Shown here piece by piece: positions 37,710 to 52,700 of a DNA stretch of 64,000 nt. Made by a program: the position numbers and the translations under genes. The stretch lies in assembly GCA_963666285.1 (NCBI GenBank), contig OY762711.1; one strand, written 5' to 3'. Position 1 is the first letter of the stretch, and every line of letters starts with the position of its first letter. Origin of the DNA: Sedimentisphaerales bacterium (lineage in GTDB: Bacteria > Planctomycetota > Phycisphaerae > Sedimentisphaerales > SM23-30). The notes beneath the pieces are model-generated. The model had not been told where the DNA came from. It worked only from the letters and a program-made list of their open reading frames with translations, and ran no database searches.

Positions 37710-40700
37710 TTAATTAAACTTACCATTATTAAGTAAAGTATTATCTATCATCCATTTTTCATAGCTGAATTCAACCTTGCCAGATGCAGGTTTAATAACC
37801 CTTACCTGATTTAACGGTTCAATAAATTCGAGCCCGGTACTTCTATGTACAGCTTTGCTTCTGGCACTCACTGCACTTTCAGACTTGTCGCTAACCTCAT
37901 TAATCTCACCGATAAAGGCATCATCCATTTCCATAGATTCTGAAACTCCAGGCTGAAGTACTGATTTTGTCTGTTCAACCTGAACGTCAACGATATCGAA
38001 ATTGCTTATTGCATTTTCCGGGCGTTTTGCAAATCTGACACGTTTTTCGCTGTTTGCAGTCTCAACCAGTACATTATCTAATAAGACATTTTCAACCTGA
38101 ACTTCTACAACCGGTTTAACATCAATCACAGGTTCGCTTAAGACAACAAATTCCGGATCATCCGCTAAAGTGATTTCGACAACAGGTTCGATGGTATCCG
38201 CCTCAGATTCGTCAACGGTTTTTTCTGACTTCACATCAGGTTCAACTATAGTTTCAGAAGCAAGTGAAAGAGGACCATCCGTGACATTCTGCTGCCAGAT
38301 AAACATATCCAGGGTATCAACATTACCATCCAAGTTCCAGTCACCTTCAGCAACAGTATGACTCGCCAGATGTACAGGGTCAAAGTTACTCTGCCAGATT
38401 GATAGGTCATCCTGGTCAACTTCGGCATCACCATTAGAATCAGCTTTCAGAGCAAAGAAGTCCTGGCCTGCTGCTCCGGTACTCCTGTCAATAACAAGTG
38501 TACCATCAGCAGTACCATCATCATCTGATAGTATATTACCAAAACTGTCAGTTACCGCTGCGGTATCAATTTCGACTTTATATCTGCCATTTGCCAGACC
38601 GCTTATTTCCGAACCACCAAATCCATCGGATGTCAGATCAATATACAAAGTCAACTCAGCGGCATTCCAGCTGTAATTTGCCTCAGTCAGCCAACCCAGC
38701 GGACTCGCATCATCAATTAGATCATAAACCCGGACAACATCGTCAATCGTGCCACCGGCTATCAAGTCAGGAATATTGGTCTCTTCATCGAATGTGAGCT
38801 CTATGGCAGTTACATTAGAACGCTGTACCTCACCATTATTAACTACAACATCTGACACTGATGGAGACTGGGTATCTGTTACCGGCTTCACATTTTCCTG
38901 CCACAACAGCATATCAATAGCGTCGACCTTACCGTCAACATTCCAGTCTCCCTGCTGAACATTATGACTATACCTGCCACCTGGATCGAAATTACTCTGC
39001 CAGTATGCCAGGTCAAGTTCGTCAACCCAGGTATCACCATTTGAATCACAAACCTGACTGAACAGATCGTCAAAAGATGCACTTGTACTGCGTGAAATAA
39101 CAAGATAACCATCTGCAGTACCATCATTATCACTTAACATATTACCGGCCGAATCAACAAATGCTGATACTGTCAGCCTAAGTTCGTAAGTACCATCTTC
39201 CAGGAGGCTCTTGACACTGCCATAGAAACTGTCAACTGTCAAGTCAATAGTCAAACGCTTGTAATATGAATACCAGCTGAAGTGAGACTCATCCAGCCAG
39301 TCAACAGGCTCATCAGGATTATCAACCGAATATAACTTGACATAGTCGTCAATTGTATGATTGTTTATCAAGGTCTGAACATCTAACGTCTCGCTAAAAG
39401 TAACCCTGATCTGCTCGATATTCGAACGCTGCGCCGAACCGCTATTTATAATCACTTCATTAACCAGCGGAGCTTCTCTGTCAACTGTAAAGTAATAATT
39501 ATAATCGGTTCCATCGTTTAAGTACTTACCAACTTGGTCTGTTATACCGTCAGCGTTCAAAGTAATTCTATACTGACCTTCCAATACGAGGTCTGTATCA
39601 AAACCTACTGTAACGGTATTATCAGTCCAGATTATCCTGTCCGGCACAATAACACTTGAGTCAGGAGCTATGACAGATATATCAGCAGCACTGCCTGCTA
39701 CCTGCTCATTAAAAGTAAATACAATCTCCGGTGTTGCGTCAGTTGTCTTACCATCTGTACTGCTAACACCAGTATCATCGATCAGTACAACGCCAGTCAC
39801 GCCAGGGGTATCACCGTCAATATAGAATTCTTTAACATAGTCATCACCGCCAACGCCATCTCCATCACCATCCAGAGACAATCCCGCAAAGTCACGCAAA
39901 GCAGTACTTATTACCGTCAGCATATATCTACCAGATGCAAGCGTCCCGGTATTTGAACTCAGCAGAATACTGCTAGTTCCCGGGGTATAATACGGTGTCA
40001 GGCTGATTGTACTGTCATCAAAATCTCCAAACACTCCATTTGCACCGGCATTAACTAGCTCGTAATTAACAGCAGACAATGCATCACTTGCGATCAACGG
40101 TTCTGACAGCAACAATCTGATAGAATCAGTACTCACCAGGCTCACACCTTCAACATGGACATATTGTGGATTTGTATCGACAATTGTCGGTGCTGTCACA
40201 TCACCGCCGCCTAGATATTCATACGCACCAATATCTCTTATTCCAGGTGCAAAAGCAAAACTAATACTATCTGCATTAGCCAGATTTGCCTGGTCATTAT
40301 AACTGGTAAGAACAAAGCTTCCACCATTACCAGCAGAAATACCGATAGTCGGAGTTAAATTAGCATTACCGTCACCATAATGGAAATCAATCGTACCATC
40401 TGTATGCAGAGTTACAGAGAAATTAACCTCAGAGTTATCAGCCTCCAGGTATGCCGCCCAGCGGATCGTAACTTCATCTGCAACAGAACTATCCATATAT
40501 ACACCACCGCCGGATGTTTTCAAATTATCCCAAAGCGGAGCTATACGTTTACGAATCTTCAGCAGGTCAGCAGAATTATCTGCCTCATAAATATTACTGT
40601 TGCTGCCGAACTGCAGGAAGCCTTCAACACTTACCCAGACATCATTGTAAACCTCACCATAGAATGGGAAGCTGATAGGCAGCGTAACATTTTTATAGGA

Positions 40701-43700
40701 ATTACTCGAATTCAAGCTGATAGAATCACCAACAATAGCAAATCCGCTTGCCCCGGATGTCTGAGCCCAATAATCATCACTACCAAGATTAGCGGCATTA
40801 GGGTCATCAACTCTAGGGGCTCCGATATAATCTGTTGCCGGTCCGATCCAGGAATATCCACGATCAATCGCGGGAGAATCTGAGGTCAGGTAGAGGTTAT
40901 CGTCTATACCGCCGTCATATCCAACACCAACAGTACTGTAACCAAGAACATTATCCGCTCCATCTATATCGACAAATTCCGGATCTGCCTGGATACTATT
41001 TGCATCGAACCCAGGACCAGCCTGCCACGCGGGCAGATCGTCATATACAGTCGTTCCCCATAGACTTAGCCGTGCATTTACCGTTGCCATGTTATACAGG
41101 TTATAATCAATATCAAGATCAACCTGACTATCTGAGGCAATATTTAACGCATAACCAGAATCTACCCAGAAAATGTTATTCATTATAATAACATCATGTG
41201 AAGAACTCTGAATCTTAACTGCATCACCAATTGTCTGGTATACCGTATTATTGGCAATAATCGGAATGTCTGAACCGGATATTCCACCGTCCAGCAACTG
41301 AATACCTGTATCAGTATTATCATATAAGACATTATTTTCAATCTCGCCATAATAATCACTATAATAGCCAACCGCATAAATGCCAATATTATTTGAATAA
41401 ACTTTATTGGCATAAGCGTTTGAACCCCGTCTCAGGTAAATACCGGTTGCATTATTATAAACCCTGTTATTTTCCACTGTGGCATTTGTATCAGCATAAA
41501 TACCCTGATAGTTACCATATACTACATTATTGCGAACATAGTCTGAATCGGCTGTAAATATACCAATATCACCACTGTCGTCATGCCCGTAAACTGTATT
41601 GCCGGTAATATAAAGCACATTATTACTGCTTGAATTGGCATGAATACCTCTTGTACCGTTATCATACACAACATTACCGGTAATATATGAGTCAGCAGCA
41701 TTTGTCGACATATAAATTCCATAGGTATTATTACCGTAAACCTGGTTATTCCGCACTGTCAATCCGCTGCCGCTTGCATAAACGCCATAACGACTGGAGT
41801 AAAGGATATTATCTTCAATCAAGGCATTATTACCTGAAGTCTCTATTGCTTCCTGGCTATTGGCATATATCTCATTACCGGAAGCAAACAAGCCATAAGC
41901 TTCTGACCTTAAACCATCAACATTGTCATGAATAATATTGTCTTCAATAGAAGCATAGTCATTAGTTGATCCAATGTAAATACCGTAAGTATTATTATCA
42001 TAAACAATATTATTACGGAATGTAAGGTTATCACTATCACTATCGGCAGGCAGCAGCATTGCGGTCCCGGCACCAGTAAGGCTCAGATTTTCAATTACAA
42101 CATCATCAGCATTATCCAGGCTTATCACAGATGTTGCCGATACCTTATGCACCCTGTTTAGAACAGCTTTGTAATTCGAGTCTGACGGCCCCTGAAGTAC
42201 TACGCCACTATCATCACTACCGATTACAATATCTACCGGAATATCATAAGTACCGGTATCCACATGAACTATATCGCCATAATCCAGGTCATACAGTCTG
42301 AACAATGCCGCCAGGGACGCCATAGGAGCATCAGGGCTCTTACCACTGTTAGTGTCATCTCCAGAAGCTGTAGTAAATTGATTGTCTGTCAAATCAGAAT
42401 CGTTTGCTATATTAACATAATAATCTGTTCCGTCATTTACAATCTGGAATGGTCGTAACGACTGACCGCTGGCATAAATACCCTGATTCGATGTAACCCT
42501 GATATAATATTCACTATCATAGGTAACAATACTATCATCCGGAACTGTCCAGTCATATCTGCCTGATGATGCTACACCAGTTGCTATAGTATCAATAACA
42601 GTACCGGATACCCCGTCAATAAGTTCAATGTCGACCAGGTCAGTTCGTGCATTATACTGATTTGCAATATCCTGGGCACTTAAAGCGTAACCATAAATAC
42701 TGAACTCATCAATTGACATCCCTTCATTTGTATAATAACTCGAATTTTCACCGCCTGCACAGTTCAAATACAATGGATTATTGAAAGCTATCATATCTGT
42801 TCTTCTAACAGAACCTGAAGCAATTTCTTCACCATTCAGGTATACTTTCATTACACCTTCAGTTCTATCTACCACCGCAGCAACATTATACCACTGTCCG
42901 GCTTCAATTACTGAAGATGTTTGTAAATACTGATAACTGCCATCAGAACTATAAAGCGTAAGTCTTCCGCTGCTGTCAAGCCACAATGAGTAAGAACGCT
43001 CACTACTCGAATTGTCTCCTTTGTAAACCAACGAACTGTTCTTCATTACATCTGTCTTAAACCACATCGTAAATGATACTTCACGTTCAAAATTGAGTTC
43101 GCCGCCTGCATCCGGGATCTGAATATAACTGCTTGTACTGTTGAAGTTCATAGCAGTATCAAGTCCGGCCCCATACACACCTTCTACCTGGTAATTAGCA
43201 CTGCCGTTAACACTGCCGTCATGACCGTTACCGCTAAGATCTAAAACGTCATCATCCAATGCAGTGTTAAGCCTGTAATATGCAACAGGTCCATTATCAA
43301 GAACAGCCTGCATATAATCATTATCAGATGTGTTCAGACTCGGAATTCCTGAATTATTCCAGTAGATAGATACTTCCTGACCCGCCTCAAACTTTTCGTA
43401 TCCAGATGGGCTGATTACCTGCATTATCTCATTAGTGCTAAACGCCGCTTCTGAAGTATTGCCATAAGCCCCGGCATTAATTCGACTGCCGTTCGGCAGT
43501 AGCTCTTCGCTGTAATCGAATAACGGATCACCGAAATCTACCGCTGGCGATGTTTCAGCAACATGATAATTGTCATCCTGCCCACCGTTACCTTCTATTT
43601 GCTGCAACTGCACAGCATCTGCGACAATTGTATTATTAGCATAGTCGTCAAATCTCACTTCAATAGTGTCAGAGGCTGCAATTACTGTAACTAATAATTG

Positions 43701-46700
43701 GAATCCACCATCACCATTTGATGCGTATCTCTGGTCAACCTGTGCCGCTCCAAGAATCTGACCGTCTGAATATACTTTATAAGCAGCATCATAAGCCCTG
43801 TTATATGTCCCTGGCCATGAAGCAGATACCTGGTATACTGCCCCAGGTGTTAATCCGCTAAAGGTCCACACTGCATAGTCTTCACCGGAACCTTTAGCAC
43901 TTTCTAATGTATCGCCTCCATATCCTGACACACCTGAAATCCAATCACTACCTATAATAACAAAACCGGCATCACCATCATCAACGACTATAGGACTTCC
44001 TACAACAGTTGTACTGTAACCGGCAATATTATCAACTCCATTTACATCAATAAATTCCGGTGAATTTAAGATGCTATGGCTATCCTGACCTATATCATAG
44101 AACCAATCTGCTAGTTCATCATAGACAAAACCACCCCAGTATGCCAGGTTACCGCCATCTGTAATATTTATTATATTATAATCACTTGTAAAGTTGACCT
44201 GTGCATCAGAACCAATATCATAAGCCCTGCCGGTTCCTACGTTAATAATATTACTTGATATAACAATGTTATTACCATTATGGACTCTTATGGCATCTCC
44301 AACAGGCTGATCAATTGTATTATTGTATACCCTGCTGTAATCATAGCCGTTCTTAGCCGGAGTCACTACCCAGATAGCAACATCGCTGTTATCGTAAACT
44401 ATATTATTACTAATTAGTGAGTAATTGCTACTATAGTAATTGCCGGCATAGATACCAACCTGGTTTGAATAGACCGTATTTCCTACAGCATCGGTATAAT
44501 TGCGAACATCTATACCTGTTATATTATTATAGACAATATTGCCCTGCATCACACCGCTAGAGTTGGAATATATTCCTTTATAATTATCGTATACGATATT
44601 ATTAACCGCATCACCATAAGATTCAGCAATAATACCAATATCATTGCTTCCGTTATGACCGTAAACAATATTGTCTGTTATCAGCATCCTGTGATCGTTA
44701 TTATATCCGTACGCTCGAATACCGGCATACGAATTGGCAAATGATCTGTTACCAGATATTAACGAATCATACCCTGCGCTTACATAAATACCAGTATCCT
44801 TGTTTAGATAACTGATATTATCTTCAATATCAGACTCCCAACCAGAACTGTATATTCCATAATTATTCTGGTATGTTTCGTTTTCGAGAATTTCAGCCCA
44901 TCTGCCTTCACTCTTGATACCTTCGTAAGTATGACCATATACCGTATTATTAATAATTTCAACACGAGAGCCGCGGGTAACTATACCACGATAATTATTC
45001 AGGTACACCTCGCTGTCAGTAATCAAGGCATCATCACTGGTATTACCAAGGTAAATACCAGCCTGGTAGTTGCCATATGCCTTAACATTAGTAATAACAA
45101 TATTATCCGAATCCGAACTATCAGCTGATATAACACCATACTCGCCGCCAATAAATGTCAGATTTTCCAGGGTTACATCATCAGCAGAACTAAACTGAAT
45201 TGCATAACTGCCGGTTGTTGTATTGCCTCTGTCAAGCACGGCCTCATGACCTGCCTCGGTTGGGCCGGTGATAGTCACACCTGAATCTTCAAAAGCCAGA
45301 ACAATATTATCCTGCAGTGTATAAATGCCTGTATCAACATAAATGATATCACCCGGCTCAAGATCATATTGTGCCAGAAGAGCGCCAACTGACGCCATCG
45401 GATAATCAGGACTCTTACCTGAATTATTATTATTACCGGCGGCATTAGTATATTCATTGTCACTAAAGTCTGTATCATCAGCAATATTGACATAATATTC
45501 GTTGCCGTCATTAGCAATATGGAACTGACCATATGAGACACCCGAAATACCACTGCCCAGATTAGTTGTCACCCTGACCAGATAATTCCTGTCAGCTGGA
45601 ACATCTGAACCTATAGTCCATTTGTAATTCTGTAATGTAGTTACATCATCGGCAATAGTATAAACAACAGAATTTGTCAGAGGATCGAGCAGTTCGATAT
45701 CAACGTTATCAACAAATGGCGAAATATTATTTGATATTTCTTCTGCAGTCAAAGCTCTATCAAAAATGGCCACTTCATCCATCGAAATATTCGGATTTGT
45801 CGCATAGCTTTCACGACTGCCGTTCAAATATAATGAATAACCGGTAGAATCTACAAGGTCAGTCTGACTAATTGACTGTCTGGCAACCTCTTCACCATCT
45901 ATGTAAATTGCCATCGTCCCTATATTACGATCTATCACACAGGTTACATTATACCATTGCCCTGCTACAATACTACCTGTAGGAGAATTCAAAGTCTCAT
46001 TTCCGCTACCGTATGTGGACAAATGGAGATATCCTCCTGAATTAACCCACAATGAATATTCCCTGTTACTCGAACTGCTAATACCTTTATAAAGTAACGG
46101 ATTCCACGTTGTGGTTAACTCATCGGCTTTGAACCATAAAGAGAATGAAACCTCTCTATCAAAGGTCAAATCACCATCCGGATCTGGAATCTCGATATAC
46201 TTGCCGTTAGCATCAAACAACACAGCACCGTCCAGACCAGAACCGAAGACACCCTCAACATCATACACCGGATCATTAACATAACTGCCGTTCAGTCCGT
46301 TTCCGCTGTCATCTGTAACTGTAGAATCAGTATCGCCAAGCCTGTAATAAGCTACAGGTCCGTCATTTAAGATAGCCATTTCATAAGCAGAGTCAACGCT
46401 CTCTGTTGAGCTGTAACCAGAAGAATGCCAATTAATATCTACAACCTCACCGGTCTGATATTTCTCCATTCCACCCGGCAGCAAGACCTGCAGAATCTCA
46501 TCCGAACTTAATGCCGCCTCTGCAGTATTACCATAGGCTCCAAGGTTTATCCTGTCACCGTTTGGCTCAGGCTCATTACTATACTCAAATGTCGGCTTAC
46601 CTCGATCTATACCTTCTGAACCTGCCATCAGGTGGAAATCGTCATCACTTCCCATATCACCATATATTTCCTGCAACCTGGCAGCATCCGCTACTGTTCT

Positions 46701-49700
46701 GGTATAGTTCTCAGCATTTAACACTACTACAAAACTGTCAGTCTCTGCTACTATTGTTGCTATTGTTTGCCAGCCATCACTGGACTCTCTCTGACTGGTA
46801 ACAGCAAACGAAGCAGCATTATCGCCGTCATATACTGTTGCATATACCGTTGAGTCATTGTAACCTGAGTCATACGGCCATGTAAGCGCAACCTCATAAG
46901 TAGATCCCGGAGTCAGACCTTCAAATGTCCAGCTGGCTGTGCCGCCGCCGGTATTATACTCCAACCTCTTATATGTGCCACCATAACCGCCGTCCCTGTC
47001 TATCCACATTCCGGATAAACTGAAACCAGGATCTGTATTGTCAACAATATATGTTGCAATCACATCCCTGCTGAAGCCCTGTATATCATCTGCACCGTCA
47101 GGATCAACAAACTGGGGCATATCATCTATACTGTACTGGTCGTAACCCAGTTCATAGAACCAGCTTTCGCGGTCTGCAACTGAGTAACCGGCCCAATCTG
47201 CAACTGTCGCACTACCGGAAAGGCTCAGCATATTATAATTAGCATCAAACCCTACCTGACTGTCAGACGAGATACTGTAAACCGGAGCGTCAATAACCTG
47301 GAATATATTATTATATACTTCAACATTTTCACTATTATCCAGCTTCAATGCCGGTGCATCTATCTGGTAAACAGTATTATTATATACCTGAGGATAATAC
47401 TGACCGTTTACATTAGAATCTCGCAAATGAATTCCGGCATAACTGTTATTATATACTACATTATGGTCTATTCTTCCATAAAATACGCTATAATAATCAT
47501 CAGCATAGATTCCGGTAGCATTGTTATATACAGTATTGAATGAAGCGTGCGAATAATTATTAACATATATACCAACCCTGTTTTCATACACATAGTTATT
47601 CTCTACAAAGCTGGTATTACGAGCATAAACACCAAAATCATTTCCATACAAAATATTATTACTGGCTATCGCATACTCAGCCAGGTTTATCCCTGAATCA
47701 TTACTTCCGGAATGATCATACACAATATTACTATCGACAACAACCAAAGGCTGACCATTTTGACCGTCAGCATATATACCACTTGTGGCATTAGCGTACA
47801 CCCTGTTTTCACTTACGGTTGAGCCATAAGCGTTAACTATATATATACCATAAGAATTATTATTATACGACCTGTTGCCTGTAACCTCGCTATAAGGACC
47901 GGTTACATATATACCATAATTATTACTATATGTACTGTTACCCGATATCTCATTACCGGATCCGCTGCTGTATATACCATAAGAACCACTGCTCGTGATT
48001 TTATTGCCGCTTACAACAGAATCACCAACTTCGATTCGTACACCATAATACTGACCGTACATTGTATTATCAGTAATGGATATATTATCATTGCCAGTTC
48101 CGACAAATATTCCATACTGATAATTATTTGCTATTTCACTGTTACTGATTGTAACATCGTCACTATCAGATGATGCTGAAAGGTTGATACCGGTATATGC
48201 TCCAACAATCTTCAAATGGTCAATTGTAACACCATCAGCATTGTCAAGTTCGATAGCGTAATTGCCGCTGCCGGTATTTCCACGGTTTATAACTGCATCA
48301 ACACCAATATTCGTTGGTCCTTGCAGCATTATACCGGCATCATCAGCAGTGATAACAATACTTGTTGTAATATTATATTCACCTGTATCTATCAGGATAG
48401 TGTCACCTGACTCAAGATCATATGCAGCTAAAATAGCAGCTATAGAAGCTTTTGGCTGATCCGGTCTCAGACCACTGTTTGCATCGTCACCAATCGCTGT
48501 TGTATACTGGTCACCTGATGTGCTGCCGTCATTTACATAATAGTATCTAATTGGCTCGCTTATCTCAAATTCGTCATTACTGTCATCAGTCAAAACCGGC
48601 TCATCTGACCTGGTTACCACAATCTTATAGTCATCTCCTGCAGGTATAACAGGTGATATATCATCCCATGGTATCTGCCAGGTATAAAAACCGTCATTCA
48701 ATACATTGGTATCAATTACATATTCGAATCCGGGGTCACTCGTCCTGACCAGGGTGATATCAACATATGTCGGATTATCATAACTGCTCAGATAATGTTC
48801 CATAACCTGGCTGCCGGTCAATGCAGTATCGTAAATAGCAACTTCATCTATTGAACCGTACCAGCTGTAGCTGCTGCTGCCTGTCCCCTGACCTATCAAC
48901 AGCTGAGTTGTTGAATGACTAATCGGTTCGGAATAGCTAAGAGTATCTACCTGTTCGCCGTTTACATACAATACCAGTTCGCTGCCGTCATATGTAGCTG
49001 CTACGTGACTCCATTCATCAAGCTCAATCGCGGATTCAACCTGTGCCACGGTATAATTATTTACATAAAACTTAATCATACCGTCATAATAATACAATCC
49101 ATATCCATCATTCCAATTGCTGTTACTGGCCTTGCTTAATACAGAATCCCAGTTGGCAATACCGCTGGATGGATTAATCCACGCTTCTACTGATATTACT
49201 TCAGGTTTAAGTACTGCGTTATCTGCGATATTAATATAATCCCCGCTGCTGTCCATATAATACGCGGTATTGGCGCCAAACCATCCAGCCGTCTGCTGAG
49301 TTCCATAATGATATGTACCGTTCAGTCCGCTTACAGAGTAATCTATCGCAGTACTATCGGCATCATTCAGCTTCCAATACCCAACAGGTCCATCAGCCAG
49401 CACAGCATCTGAGTAATCATCTGCTTCGCCGGCACTTGCATTTGCCAGAATTGCATCTGAACGCCATTTTATCTCGAACACCTGTTCGCCCGGCCAGATC
49501 TCTCCACCATCAGGACTGATCACCAGTACGTATTCTAGCTCACTCAAGGATGCCTGTTCTGTATTTCCGTAGGCACCGATATTGATAAAGCCGCCATTTG
49601 GCAATGGTTCATTTGTGTTTGCATATTCATCATCACCGCGATCAATCGCAGGAGAATGAAGCGTGTCAGGTACTGCACTTACTGTCATAGCAGATACCGG

Positions 49701-52700
49701 GATAACTCCGCCTGCATCCAGAACCGCTGCCAATGATCCGCCATGGAAACTACCCGCAATACTCTGTACATGGAAATCATCGTCCAGGCCGCCGTCCGCC
49801 CCATCGTAACCAAGTATACCATCAGCTCCGTCAGGATCAACAAATAATGGATCCTGCTCCAGGCTGTTTGCGTCTTTGCTGGTTGCTACTCGCCATTGCA
49901 ATACTGATTTCTGGTCAACTTCCTGCCATCTGCCGACATAGCCGTTTGTGCCTACCTGGAATATATTATAGTCACTGACAAAACCTACCTGGCTGTCACT
50001 TGCCACTTCTATTCCATAACCATTATCTACCCAGATAATATTATTCGATATCTGAATATCCTCAGAACCACCGCGAACACGGATAGCATTACCAGTTGGC
50101 TGGTAAATAGTATTATTAACAACTTGAGTACGTTCTGAGCTGTTCATATCGGAATTCCAGATATCTATCGCGCGCGATGCGTTAGCGTAAATAACATTAT
50201 TTGATATAACACCCCTGTAAGTTGAATAATAATCGGTAGCTGATATTCCAGTACTATTAGAATATATTACATTTTTTTGAACATCTGTCTGATTAACTGC
50301 CAATATACCGTTACCGACATTGTCATATATACGGTTACCAATCAGATCGGCATCTCGACCTCGTATACCATTGTCATTGCCGTGAACAACGTTATAAATT
50401 GCCTGACCTTTATAATCAAGGTATATACCGTAAGAACCATAGTTATCATACACATGGTTACCGGCCACTACAACATTTTCATAAGTGTATATACCATACT
50501 CGGTATTATCATGGACAACGTTACCTTTTCCATCATCAACAGTTTCACCACTGCCAAAACCTACATATGTTGTAGCATTGGAACTGCTGTTCCTTGCATA
50601 AATACCATAACGGTTGCCGTAAACCTCATTATTCTGGACAACTATACCCTTAGCCTGTTCCAGCCTGATACCTGCCTCGGTATTATTATAGGCAATACTG
50701 TTAATCAAACCAACAAAAGTGCCCGCCAGGTAAATACCGTCAAGCCCGTTATCATACGCAACCAGGCCGTCAAAAGTAGATATAACCGAATCTGATTCAA
50801 TTCTGAAACCTTCATATGCATGACCATATGATACGACATGGTCGGCATTAAAGTTTTCACTGCTGTTTCTTACATAAACACCTCTCTGATCACCATATAA
50901 TGTCAAATTAGAAATACTTATAAAGTCAGCATTGTACAGGTCAAATATCGCACCGCTCTGATCACCTGGTATTGCCGGATGCATACTTGCTACTTGCGTT
51001 GCATCTGCAGGACCTGTCACCTCAAAACCTTCATCCAGACCATAGTCAAGATCAAGCGCTCCGGAAATTGTCAGACGATTTATCATCGGGTAATCACCGG
51101 TGTCAACATAGATTATGTCCTGGCCGCTGCGCAGATCGTAATTATACAGTATATTTGATACATTCGGCTTCGGTGCGCCTGCTATCTTACCTGTATTACG
51201 ATTTGACCCAACTGCTGTCGGTGTAAAATCATCATTAGTATTATCCAGATCGTCTACATAATAATCTGTTCCGTCTTCCGGTATTGCAAATGACTCTGCC
51301 GCACGGTCCATTACAGCTTCGGCACCAACAAGTGAAACCTGTATTCTTAATCCATATACACCGTAATCAAGGTCATCACTTCCCTGTAGCGACGGAATCC
51401 AGGTATAACTGCCGGTATCCGGCACAGAATCTGCTATTGTCAACAGATATTCCGGACCATCTGGCGAATCGACATATAGATCTATCTTAACCGGTAAATC
51501 ATCTGTATTTCCATATGTTTCCCACTTGATCTCATGAGATTTCTCATATTCCCAGTCAGTATATAGATCTGGCCATCTAAGGTTAATTCTCGCCTCGGCT
51601 GTATTCACATCCAGGTAATTATTGCCATGCGCTCCAATATCTGGGGCATTATTCTCAGAAACAACATAAACAAACGTATGATCTACATAGCTATCGTTTG
51701 TAGAACCGGAATTTCTGTCGGCCTCAAACCGGAAGGTAATAAACCTGGTTCCTACCGGAATATTTACTGATGAACTTACCAATTCCCACAAGGTCGAATA
51801 ATCTTCAGCCTCCAGCAAAACAGAATGAATACCTAAATTACTGCTGTCTTTGAATACCAGGTGAATTCTGCCATGGTCTTCCGGCCATTCTGAACCGCAG
51901 CGGATTCTTCCGCCAAATACTACTCTCAAATCACCGGAATCAAGCTCAGCCTCAGTATAACCTGCCAGCAGCAGATCAATATCCTGCTCAATATAGCCTT
52001 CCTGTTCCGTTCCGGCATAGAAATATGATGATCCTTCATGCGGCACCGGGCTGCTTGACTTGGTGCTTGCCCCTACGCTGGTATCCCAGTCATTCAAACC
52101 ATCTTCCAGACCAGGGTTTAGCAATAGATTTGGATATAAATCACCTAAAATCTGGTACGAACCAGGATCGCCGGCATCAATCGTCGGACTGGTCATTCTC
52201 AGCTTTCCTGCTACTGATACAATATTGAAATTATCAGCATCAATATCTGCAAACTGTGGATTTGACCATCCAGGATTAATTATTGTTGTTCCTACTGAAT
52301 GCAGGTCATAACGGGTTATATCCTGCTGCCAGTCAAGAATATCGTAGAAATCTTTTGTCCAGTAACCAATCTTACCTGTACCTGTTATATGCATCAGGTT
52401 ATAATCACTAAAGTATCCGCTCTGGCTGTTATTGTTAACATAAATATCATATCCGCTTTCAGCCCAGAGAATATTATTCCTGATCTCTACTTCACTGGCA
52501 CTATTTGTGAGATGAATATTATCTCCAATCGGGGCATATAATGTGTTGTTAACTATACGAACATCATTTGCACCCGATACCAGGATACCATAATCATTAT
52601 TGCGGTATATCTCGTTATAGAATATCTCCTGGTCGTTACTGGCTGATATACCTGTATCGTTTCTTGCTATCCTGTTATACTGTATCAAACCACTAAAACT

